Shown here piece by piece: positions 56,278 to 64,000 of a DNA stretch of 64,000 nt (positions are counted from its first letter, which is position 1; each line of letters begins with the position of its first letter). The DNA is from a virus: IMG/VR virus record IMGVR_UViG_3300032294_002706, positions 1-64,000 of that record. The stretch is one strand, 5' to 3'. Both the position numbers and the translations under genes were made by a program. A model generated the notes under the pieces. It made no database searches. It was not told the DNA's origin and worked only from the letters and a program-made list of their open reading frames with translations.

Positions 56278-56952
56278 GTGATACCTAGACAACACGAAGA
56301 CAGCTTAGATGATGACGATTTTAAGTCGTTAAATTATCATGAAGATGAAGACTTCTTATTTGAAAGAGATGATGAATTATCAGATGATCATTTGTTAACT
56401 GACGAGTACGATGACGATGAACTTGAAAGACGTAAGTCAGCCTATGCTGATCTAAAGAAAAACGACAAGATATTCAACAACACCTATAATCTTGGACTAG
56501 ACACGTCGGATGATGAAGAAGAAGGTGCTCCAAGAGCCAGCACTTCTGAGATAAAGCTAGATAGCGGATCTCCTGACTACCACATGTACGATCCAGAAAA
56601 GTTCTCAGAGAGCCTCGACCTTAAGATCGTTCAGCGAGACATATATGAATTCATCAAAACCAATCCAAGGGTGAAGGACGTCCTCGGAAATGAACCAGAC
56701 AAAAAGAAATTCACTAAACCTGAAATCAACGAACTGTTTGAAATTCTAAATTTAGGGTTGGCGAATGGAGCAACTGGAAACGTCTTTATAAATCCAATCC
56801 ATGTGCTTGATTCAATCTCTTCATTAATAAACATGGAGTACAAAAAGATATTTGACCAGTTAACTTATGACAATAAGGAGATTTTATTGGTAGAATTAAA
56901 CAATAAGTACGGATTCTTAGACAATACCGGCAAGAACTATAAAATATTCTAA
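56278..56952 (+). CDS. Acidic hypothetical protein
   Basis: 224 aa with a D/E-rich N-terminal half; abuts gp47. Confidence 0.65.
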   Translation: MIPRQHEDSLDDDDFKSLNYHEDEDFLFERDDELSDDHLLTDEYDDDELERRKSAYADLKKNDKIFNNTYNLGLDTSDDEEEGAPRASTSEIKLDSGSPDYHMYDPEKFSESLDLKIVQRDIYEFIKTNPRVKDVLGNEPDKKKFTKPEINELFEILNLGLANGATGNVFINPIHVLDSISSLINMEYKKIFDQLTYDNKEILLVELNNKYGFLDNTGKNYKIF

Positions 56953-58065
56953 ATGAAACTCACAAATATTCGAAAAATAACGTTAGTTGGAGATCTTCAT
57001 CTTGGTATAAAAAATAATTCAGTAGAATGGCTTCAAATACAAAAGGACTTTCTACTGGACTTTTTATTAACAAAGGTTGATGAAGATTTTGACGAAGACC
57101 GAGACATCCTCTTTTTAGAAGGGGACATTTTCCATTCTAGAGAATCAATTAATGTTAGAATTCATGATGAGGCATTAACCATATTCAAGGCATTGTCTCA
57201 AAAGTTTAAGCGTGGAATCTACATTATCATTGGAAACCATGATGTGTATTACAAAGATAGAAATGCCGTGCACTCGCTTAAGGCAATATCTCATATCGCT
57301 GACAACATTCACGTTTTTGAAAATCCTGAAATTCTAACAATTAACGGAACTCACAACTTCTTAATGTTACCTTGGGTTGAGGACGTTCGTCGAATAAACC
57401 AAATCATAACTGACCACCAAGATCTTTGTGAGTACATTGTTTGTCATGCGGACATTAAGGGACTTCGTTTCAATAAATGGACAAAGGTCGAACATGGAAT
57501 TGAAGTGGATATGTTAGGCTCTTACAAAAGAGTCTATGCTGGACATATTCATCATCGTCAAGAATTTAAAAACGTACTCTACACCGGAACTCCATATCAA
57601 ATGGATCGCGGCGATCGGGATAATGTTAAAGGATTTTACGAATTGACCCTTACTAAGGACTCAGTTTCTGAGAGATTCATTGAGAATACGCAATCTCCGG
57701 TTTACAAGAAGTTCGATATTTACGAATTGCTAGAGATGCCAGTAGAACAAGTAGTCTCAAGTCTAAATAATGCTTTCGTTGATGTAATGATAAGCGTTAA
57801 TTTCGTAAATAAATTTCCAGTTACTAGATTCATTGAAGCTGTCTCTAAGTCAACTCACCGAAAGATTGAATTCTTTACCTATGTTGACCAAGTTAAAGAA
57901 GACTCAACTGTCTCAGATTTTAATCCTGAAGATCAATTCAATGTAATCGATATTTTCAAGAGCTTTATTAAATCAAAGGAATATTCTCAAACCTTTAAGA
58001 CTGATCTTGCCCGAAAGTTCGTTGAGATTCATAACTTAGTAAAACAGGATGGATCACATGAATAA
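56953..58065 (+). CDS. gp47: Mre11/SbcD-like nuclease (T4 gp47-like)
   Basis: GDLHLG, GDIFH, GNHD and AGHIH metallophosphoesterase motifs. Confidence 0.92.
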   Translation: MKLTNIRKITLVGDLHLGIKNNSVEWLQIQKDFLLDFLLTKVDEDFDEDRDILFLEGDIFHSRESINVRIHDEALTIFKALSQKFKRGIYIIIGNHDVYYKDRNAVHSLKAISHIADNIHVFENPEILTINGTHNFLMLPWVEDVRRINQIITDHQDLCEYIVCHADIKGLRFNKWTKVEHGIEVDMLGSYKRVYAGHIHHRQEFKNVLYTGTPYQMDRGDRDNVKGFYELTLTKDSVSERFIENTQSPVYKKFDIYELLEMPVEQVVSSLNNAFVDVMISVNFVNKFPVTRFIEAVSKSTHRKIEFFTYVDQVKEDSTVSDFNPEDQFNVIDIFKSFIKSKEYSQTFKTDLARKFVEIHNLVKQDGSHE

Positions 58066-58549
58066 AGCTCCAAAGATATTAAATACCCTTTACATAAAGC
58101 CAATCAATGATAAGGAGTTTGGAGTATTTACTAATGCTCCTCTATACAGAGATTCAATCGTTGAATTTTGTGCTTGGCTGCCAGTAAGCCAAAAGATTCA
58201 AATCCTAATTGACAAGAATGACCCTAGTCTGAGTCAAAAACTATTCATTAATCCAGACGGAATTGAAAAGGAGAGGCAATTCGCAGCTAAGATTGCTGAG
58301 CTTGATTTACAGGAAAGACTAGATCGCGGTTTAATAACTCCTGAACAATTTAAAGCGATTCTAATTGAGGTTGCCAATCCAACTAAATTATTGAGTGTGG
58401 CTTCACATGCAATACTGTTAGGATTCGGATCTCTTTATCGTCGAAGTGAAATGCCTAATATTACTTGGGAATACGATAGTGATTCTAAGTTGTATAAGTT
58501 TTATACAACCCAAGACGTTGCTGCAAACCGCGAACTTACATACTTTTAA
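58049..58549 (+). CDS. SET-domain-like protein, apparently catalytically degenerate
   Basis: FGVFT...IVEFC...LGFGSLYRRSEMPN...DVAANRELTYF aligns with viral/bacterial SET (GVFA...LGFGAIFNHS.DPN...GEEITISY). NH is replaced by RR and the stop precedes the terminal Tyr. Confidence 0.7.
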   Translation: MDHMNKAPKILNTLYIKPINDKEFGVFTNAPLYRDSIVEFCAWLPVSQKIQILIDKNDPSLSQKLFINPDGIEKERQFAAKIAELDLQERLDRGLITPEQFKAILIEVANPTKLLSVASHAILLGFGSLYRRSEMPNITWEYDSDSKLYKFYTTQDVAANRELTYF

Positions 58550-58551
58550 TC

Positions 58552-60213
58552 ATGAAGATACACGAATTTTCTTTTAGAAACATCTGCTCATACGGCAATA
58601 AATTACAAACATTCAAGTTCACAGATGAACCTCGACTGATCCTAGTTCAGGGTAAAAACGGTAGTGGCAAATCTTCAATCTCGGATGCTTTAACCGTGTC
58701 AATATACGGTAAATCTGCAATTCGCAAGACAAAGGAAATCCCTAATCGAATCAATAAGAACGCCTATACTCAGATTAAATTCGTTACCGGAAACGGCCAA
58801 CTTATTGATATTGAAAGAGGAATCGAACCTAACTTTTCAAAGCTTTCAATTGATGGAGTTGAATATAATTTGCCAGATAAACGAAGAGTCGATGAATTCA
58901 TTGAAGACGAATTGACCAAGATACCCTTTAACGTTTTCTCAAATACCATTAGCTTGTCAGTTAATGATTTTAAGAGCTTCGTTAAACTTAGCCCAGCCGA
59001 TAAACGTCAAATCATCGATAAGATATTTGGTCTAGACATAGTTAACGATATGGCTAAGGTTGCAAAGGAAGAATCCAAAAAGATTAAGGGTGATATTCTA
59101 CCTCTTGAATCAGCAATTTCGAGCAATCAAAGATTATTAGAATCTTCAATCTCTCAACTTGAAGCCTTACAGTCTGAAATAAAAACGAGTAATGATGCAA
59201 AAATTGCAGAATTAAACGCGGCGCTTGAACAGTTAGCGACTGATAAAAAAGCAGCTCACACAGAAGCTAGTAGTTTTTCAGGTAAAATTTCTGAAATTAG
59301 ACAAAGTATTAGAGCTGAACAGGAGAAACTAAGCACAGTTAGAGTTAACATTTCTGAAATTCAAAAGAAACTGGACATTTACAATAAGAATAAGTGTCCG
59401 CATTGTCTTTCTGATTTAACTGATGAGGTTCATTCTCAAATCAAAGATAAGCTTGTTGCAAAAAAGACTGAACAAGAATCAGCGTTTCCTGCAATTTCAG
59501 AAAGAATTAAAGTTCATGAGAAAGACTTATCTGCTGTAGAAACAGAATCTAGTGAAGCAAAGGGCAAGTACTATCAAATTGAGGCTCAAATAACTGCAGT
59601 TAAGCGTGAAATATCTGATCTAAGCCGACAGGGTAACCAGGCATCAGATAAACATTTAACTGAGGTCATTAACAATATCAAGTCAGAGATCCAGACCTCT
59701 AGCTCTAGTCTATCTGAAAGACAGGAAAAGTTAAAAGTTTCCCAAGAGATGGAAATGATCTTATCTGATAACGGCATGAAGAAGATGCTAATGAGCCAAA
59801 TCATTCCATTATTGAATAAAAAGATACTAAAGACTGCTAAAGTCTTAGAGTTTAAATTCGCATTCGAGTTTGATCTAGAGTTCAATCCAATAATAACTCA
59901 TTTGGGCATGCAAGTTTCGCCAGATTCATTATCGGCTGGTGAGCAAAAGAAAATGAATCTAATCGTTTTACTGTGCATACTAGAATTAATTAAATTAAAG
60001 CACAATAAGGTGAATCTTCTCTTCTTGGACGAGGTGTTCTCTTCACTAGACGTTGATTCAATCTTTAGAGTAGTTGACCTTTTGAAAACTTTTGCCAAAA
60101 AGTACAACATGACAGTTTTCGTGATCTCCCATGATCCTTTACCTGAAGAGTATTTTGATACCAAGATCCAGGTTGAAAATACTGATCATTTTTCTGACCT
60201 AAAAATCGTTTAG
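58552..60213 (+). CDS. gp46: Rad50/SbcC-like ATPase (T4 gp46-like)
   Basis: GKNGSGKS, CPHC zinc hook, LSAGE signature, LFLDE, ISH. Confidence 0.93.
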   Translation: MKIHEFSFRNICSYGNKLQTFKFTDEPRLILVQGKNGSGKSSISDALTVSIYGKSAIRKTKEIPNRINKNAYTQIKFVTGNGQLIDIERGIEPNFSKLSIDGVEYNLPDKRRVDEFIEDELTKIPFNVFSNTISLSVNDFKSFVKLSPADKRQIIDKIFGLDIVNDMAKVAKEESKKIKGDILPLESAISSNQRLLESSISQLEALQSEIKTSNDAKIAELNAALEQLATDKKAAHTEASSFSGKISEIRQSIRAEQEKLSTVRVNISEIQKKLDIYNKNKCPHCLSDLTDEVHSQIKDKLVAKKTEQESAFPAISERIKVHEKDLSAVETESSEAKGKYYQIEAQITAVKREISDLSRQGNQASDKHLTEVINNIKSEIQTSSSSLSERQEKLKVSQEMEMILSDNGMKKMLMSQIIPLLNKKILKTAKVLEFKFAFEFDLEFNPIITHLGMQVSPDSLSAGEQKKMNLIVLLCILELIKLKHNKVNLLFLDEVFSSLDVDSIFRVVDLLKTFAKKYNMTVFVISHDPLPEEYFDTKIQVENTDHFSDLKIV

Positions 60214-60216
60214 GCT

Positions 60217-60243
60217 AACCTTTTTTCATTTTCTTAGTATTAT
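60217..60243 (+). promoter_or_regulatory. Putative early/middle promoter variant AACC-N16-GTATTAT
   Basis: Variant of the repeated motif; overlaps TATATTTG, which fits the Bacteroidota -7 element TAnnTTTG. Confidence 0.5.
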
Positions 60244-60268
60244 ATTTGAATAGTATTATTTCCGAATT

Positions 60269-61162
60269 ATGATTACATTTACAGGGCTCACTTTTGCACA
60301 AGCATATAAGCATTCAATAGAGTATCTATTGGCTAATGGCATGGTTAACAATGCTAGGGGCACAACAAGTAAAGAATTGCTTGATGTTGCAATAGTGGTT
60401 GAGGATCCGACTCAGTGTCTATATGATAATGAAGTTAGAGGTTCTCAGCAAAAATATATTGCTGCCGAATTTTTATGGTACTATGCTGGTCGAAATGATG
60501 TTGCTTTCATTTCAAAATGGGCAAAGTTCTGGGAAACCATTCAAAACCCAGACGGCACTGCGAATTCAGCATACGGAAACCTGATCTTTAATGAGAAGAA
60601 CCAATACGGCCTTACTCAATATCAATGGGCAATTCAAAGTTTAATGAATGATTCTAGCACAAGACAAGCAATTCTTCATTTTAATAAACCTTCTCATCAA
60701 TATTTGACCAATAAGGATTTCGTATGTACAATGTACGCAAATCTACATATTCGCCAAAATAAGTTATACATGAGCGTCTACATGAGAAGTAATGATGCAA
60801 TTTGGGGTACTTCGACCGATGTTGCCTTCTTTTGTTCGTTACAAATGCAGATTCATGCTCATCTAAAGGAAATTTATCCAGATCTTGAACTTGGGACCTA
60901 CACTCATGTTGCAAATTCATATCACGTTTACGATAGGCATTACGATCTAGCGCAAAGAATGATTAATTCAGACTTTATCCCGGTCAAATTACCTTCAATT
61001 ACGACTGATTTGATAGACATAGACGGTTCGTCAAGTCAAGATTTTAATATTGTATTTGCAGCATCTACTGGCCAGACTGATGAACTTGTGTTATTTCAAC
61101 AAGATAACGATCTTTTGAAATGGATTTTTGAAAAATTAAAAGAGGATAAGAATGTCATTTAA
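60269..61162 (+). CDS. Thymidylate synthase superfamily enzyme, dCMP hydroxymethylase (T4 gp42)-like
   Basis: ANSAYG, TRQAI, DFVCT, MRSNDAIWGTSTD and SYHVY; Asp at the specificity position where ThyA has Asn. Confidence 0.75.
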   Translation: MITFTGLTFAQAYKHSIEYLLANGMVNNARGTTSKELLDVAIVVEDPTQCLYDNEVRGSQQKYIAAEFLWYYAGRNDVAFISKWAKFWETIQNPDGTANSAYGNLIFNEKNQYGLTQYQWAIQSLMNDSSTRQAILHFNKPSHQYLTNKDFVCTMYANLHIRQNKLYMSVYMRSNDAIWGTSTDVAFFCSLQMQIHAHLKEIYPDLELGTYTHVANSYHVYDRHYDLAQRMINSDFIPVKLPSITTDLIDIDGSSSQDFNIVFAASTGQTDELVLFQQDNDLLKWIFEKLKEDKNVI

Positions 61163-61625
61163 TTCAGTTAGCACACAGCGTCAACACCTAATAGATGTTA
61201 CCTACATCAAGATGGCCCAAACTTGGTCAGGTCTTTCTCATGCGATCCGTAAAAAAGTTGGAGCCCTAATCGTAAAGAACAATACAATCATTGCTGATGG
61301 GTATAATGGCACTCCTTCCGGTTTTGAAAATGAATGTGAGATTGCAATAAGCCATGAGGATGGTTCATTCAAGGAATATCAAACTAAATGGTACGTTTTA
61401 CATGCAGAATCTAATGCACTTGCAAAGGTTGCCAAATCAACACAAAGTAGCGACGGGGCTACTCTTTATATTACCTACTCTCCATGCACAGATTGCAGCA
61501 AATTAATTTTACAGGCAGGAATCAAGCGAGTTGTGTATTTAGAAGAATACCGAGATATCGCCGGCCTTGACTTCTTAAGAAGAGCTGGCGTTGAAGTTAA
61601 AAAAATCGACCCAGAAACACTATGA
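61152..61625 (+). CDS. dCMP deaminase
   Basis: KVGALIV, GYNGTP, HAESNA and SPCTDC zinc motifs. Confidence 0.93.
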   Translation: MSFNSVSTQRQHLIDVTYIKMAQTWSGLSHAIRKKVGALIVKNNTIIADGYNGTPSGFENECEIAISHEDGSFKEYQTKWYVLHAESNALAKVAKSTQSSDGATLYITYSPCTDCSKLILQAGIKRVVYLEEYRDIAGLDFLRRAGVEVKKIDPETL

Positions 61626-62023
61626 TCGATTCATTAGAAAGAAAGCTTGAAATCGTTTTCGTAAGAGATCAAAAACAATTCATTCAAGCTTTTAATAAAA
61701 AGCAGAAGTGCGATTATTTACTAAATGTGAATAAAATAATAAAGGAAAAGTTCGATCACGAAATTCTTGTGCCGAACAAAATCCAAGCGTTCCTAATAAA
61801 TTATGAAATTAAGAAATTAATTGACAAAGCGATTAATGTTAGGAATCGTAAATACAATCGAATAATCTACGTTAATGCTGGTCTCAGCGTTAGTAACATC
61901 AATAATACTGTCAAGTTTCTGAATACTGCATACGGAACAATTGAATTCGTTCCTAGCTTAATAGACGGAGATTTTGAAATTGGCGAACTTACTGGAGTAG
62001 AGACAATAAAAAAGGGGCATTAA
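61622..62023 (+). CDS. Hypothetical protein
   Basis: 133 aa ORF with ATGA overlap; ends in a terminator. Confidence 0.65.
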   Translation: MIDSLERKLEIVFVRDQKQFIQAFNKKQKCDYLLNVNKIIKEKFDHEILVPNKIQAFLINYEIKKLIDKAINVRNRKYNRIIYVNAGLSVSNINNTVKFLNTAYGTIEFVPSLIDGDFEIGELTGVETIKKGH

Positions 62024-62032
62024 GCCCCTTTT
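62010..62032. terminator. Bidirectional terminator
   Basis: AAAAGGGGC-ATTAA-GCCCCTTTT between convergent genes. Confidence 0.8.
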
Positions 62033-62040
62033 AAGTTTTA

Positions 62041-62160
62041 TTAGATAAAGTTTTCGAAGTTCTTTTCGCTTTCATTATAAAATCCGTAAAATCGATACTC
62101 GGTTCCGTCAAATATACAGATGCCTGGACTATTAATGGAAAAATCTATTCCTATATTCAT
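62041..62160 (-). pseudogene. 39-aa N-terminal fragment of a RuvC-like nuclease
   Basis: Hand translation MNIGIDFSINSPGICIFDGTEYRFYGFYNESEKNFENFI*; IGIDFSI..P..CI matches the start of the 29031-29705 protein. Confidence 0.6.
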
Positions 62161-62214
62161 TTATTTCTGGTTAAGAAGTCCTATTTAAAATTTCAAATAC
62201 TTTGCGTTGTTCAT

Positions 62215-62955
62215 CTAGATATACATAGTTGCCTCGTTTAAGGCTGACTCATTAGTTTGTAATATTGATTTCAGAATTGATATAAATTCATTTTTTCCGA
62301 AAGTTTTGTATCGTAATGGTTTAAATATCTCATCTGAATCATATCCCAATACAAAATAAGTTGGACCATCTCCTTCATCTGTAATTGCGTCAAACGATAA
62401 ATTAACCTTTCTGTCCTTTAAATCTATCTGAGACTTGTAACCTATGGTCCACTTTCTGCCATTTCTTTGCATTGCATGTTTTCCATCCATAGTTAATGCA
62501 TTACCATTATGTGGTAAGTAAGTTATGTCATTTCCAGAATCTAAGATTGCTTTAGAAATACTTCCAACAAATCGGTTATTAAGTTTTTTACCACCTAGTC
62601 TTGTCATTTTTTCAATAAAAGAAAGGGGGGCCTCTGTAGTATTATATAATTCTTCAATCTCTTCAGGAGTTGCTCCTAATTCAATCGCTTTGTTTCCAAG
62701 ATCTGAGAATTGGGACTGTCTGTAAGGCGATGTTCTGCTAGAACTATCGTATTTGAGAGGTGCTCCTGCGAGTTTTAGACCAGCAATAAATCTAGATATA
62801 GCTTTTTCCTTATCTTTAATAAGCTTAGCCGCTTTTTCTCCTTCATCGTTTTTCATAACAAGATCTAACATACGATCCCAGTCCTTTGTCTCTACTCGAG
62901 CAGCTTCGTTTACCGAGTTTATAAATTCTTCAAATAGTTTAAGTTTAAATTTCAT
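62215..62955 (-). CDS. Hypothetical protein with capsid-targeting-like leader
   Basis: 246 aa; MKFKLKLFEEFINSVNEA at the N-terminus and NESALNEA near the C-terminus. Confidence 0.7.
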   Translation of the reverse strand: MKFKLKLFEEFINSVNEAARVETKDWDRMLDLVMKNDEGEKAAKLIKDKEKAISRFIAGLKLAGAPLKYDSSSRTSPYRQSQFSDLGNKAIELGATPEEIEELYNTTEAPLSFIEKMTRLGGKKLNNRFVGSISKAILDSGNDITYLPHNGNALTMDGKHAMQRNGRKWTIGYKSQIDLKDRKVNLSFDAITDEGDGPTYFVLGYDSDEIFKPLRYKTFGKNEFISILKSILQTNESALNEATMYI

Positions 62956-63113
62956 AATTTTAAATTTTTTTCAGGAGTAAGTTCTTCTACTGAATAAATA
63001 TCTCCTCCTGAACTAAGTTTCATCTTATTCCAGATATCGGTTTCAATTTTCATCAAACGGTTTAAAGTTACTTTACCCGAGGCTTCATTTACAAATTGAG
63101 TAAACTTCTTTAT
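62952..63113 (-). CDS. Small 53-aa ORF with ATA start and capsid-targeting-like leader
   Basis: (I/M)KKFTQFVNEASGKVTLNRLMKIETDIWNKMKLSSGGDIYSVEELTPEKNLKL*; overlaps both neighbours by 4 nt (ATAA and ATGA). Confidence 0.5.
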   Translation of the reverse strand: MKKFTQFVNEASGKVTLNRLMKIETDIWNKMKLSSGGDIYSVEELTPEKNLKL

Positions 63114-63457
63114 GATTTAGATTTCTCAACCTTTCCTGAATAGATCAATGCATCTTCTGGTTTGTTTTGGTCATTAACCGCGACAATATCAAAATCTCCA
63201 TCCTTATCCGCTTTTGGTGAAATTGCAATGATTGCACCAGCTTTAATGCTAGGATTAGTTGATTTACTCACATTGAACGAAATCATTTCCTTGGTCGTGA
63301 ATTCGCTATCGCTAGTTCCTTCAACTCCAAAAGATTTTCCGTCCGCTGTGATGTTGAGAGTATACGAACCGGGTTTCGCAGCAGTAGTCGGCTCCTCCTG
63401 CTTTGGAGCAGTTGCCAGGTCTTCCTCAGCTAACCATTGTTCAAATAACTTGATCAT
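63110..63457 (-). CDS. Hypothetical protein with capsid-targeting-like leader
   Basis: 115 aa; N-terminus MIKLFEQWLAEE. Confidence 0.7.
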   Translation of the reverse strand: MIKLFEQWLAEEDLATAPKQEEPTTAAKPGSYTLNITADGKSFGVEGTSDSEFTTKEMISFNVSKSTNPSIKAGAIIAISPKADKDGDFDIVAVNDQNKPEDALIYSGKVEKSKS

Positions 63458-63464
63458 TCTCTAA

Positions 63465-64000
63465 TTATGCGTTTTCGTCTTGGTCTTCGTCGTCTCCGAT
63501 AGCGTTATCGTCGTCGTCTTGGTTTTCGTCTTCATCACTTTCTTCTGTGCAAAGTTTCTTAACTGCTGCACATACTAGATCGCAAATGTCTTCTTTTGTC
63601 ATTTCCATCTTTTCAGCGATATCTTCAATGATGTCTTTAAGATCATCTCCGAACTCTTCCATTAAAGTGGCTAATTGTTCTTCGTCGATTACTGGCTCGT
63701 CAGACGGCATATCGTCATCGTTTGCTGGCATATCGTCGTTTGCTGGCATTTCTTCTTCTGCCTCAGCGAACATGTTAAAATCTTCGTTAACGAATTGTTC
63801 AAAGCGAAGGATTTTTCCTTCTTCAACAGCGTCAACTGTTGCAATTGTTGGTTTTGCGTACATTGGGTTAAATGGTTTTTTCTTTGCCGTTCTTGAAATA
63901 AGGTCACGAGTTACCGCCTTCCATGTTGGGTCATAATTGTGGTTGAATTTTCCACCTTCAAAATCGGCATTTCTGTCAATCACTCGTTGATAGCCTTTCA
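63465..64000 (-). CDS. Highly acidic protein, possible prohead core/internal protein (5' end probably beyond the window)
   Basis: Frame stays open from GTG 63983 to the window edge (..KGYQRVIDRN); internal KILRFEQFVNED followed by a D/E-rich tract with a MPANDD duplication. Confidence 0.65.
   Translation of the reverse strand, partial: KGYQRVIDRNADFEGGKFNHNYDPTWKAVTRDLISRTAKKKPFNPMYAKPTIATVDAVEEGKILRFEQFVNEDFNMFAEAEEEMPANDDMPANDDDMPSDEPVIDEEQLATLMEEFGDDLKDIIEDIAEKMEMTKEDICDLVCAAVKKLCTEESDEDENQDDDDNAIGDDEDQDENA

Noticed and set aside
62185-62214. Mini-ORF MNNAKYLKF or TAG read-through of 62215-62955
   Set aside because: Only 9 codons, no recognisable motif and no other evidence of read-through.
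1-64000. Stop-codon reassignment (as in some huge phages)
   Set aside because: Conserved genes are full length in the standard code, and TAG (gp46) and TGA (dCMP deaminase) both end genes at expected positions; the polymerase break is at TAA.

Overview
AT-rich, gene-dense 64-kb segment of a large T4-like (jumbo/huge) myovirus genome, read in the standard genetic code. The host is probably Bacteroidota (inference from SD-less A-rich leaders and Bacteroidota-type Hc1-like and 3'-5' exonuclease genes). The left ~29 kb is a minus-strand late/structural region: Gly-Ser/Thr collagen-like fibre, a GT-A glycosyltransferase resembling plant protein O-glycosyltransferases, a mucin-like Thr-rich protein, an amidoligase-like protein, a gp14-like neck protein, fibre/baseplate proteins, gp55-like late sigma factor and RuvC-like nuclease. 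The right ~34 kb is mostly plus-strand replication, recombination and host-takeover genes: GroEL/GroES, an S1-domain protein, NrdB/NrdA, histone H1-like (Hc1), gp32, RNase H, HAD nucleotidase, gp56-like dCTPase/dUTPase, an N-terminal half of DNA polymerase B, UvsX, gp41 helicase, gp47/gp46 with a degenerate SET-domain gene between them, a gp42-like dCMP-type thymidylate synthase homologue and dCMP deaminase, plus an isolated tail-sheath gene. Two promoter classes are readable by eye: late ATAAATA boxes and a bipartite AAAC-N16-RTAHAAK motif. Top leads: (1) a candidate phage-encoded protein O-glycosylation module, with the transferase between two Ser/Thr-saturated proteins; (2) a family of T4 capsid-targeting-like KxFxxFxNE leaders; (3) a cytosine-modification pathway; (4) a split DNA polymerase; (5) pseudo-SET plus Hc1. 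All family assignments come from motif recognition by eye; no database search was run.
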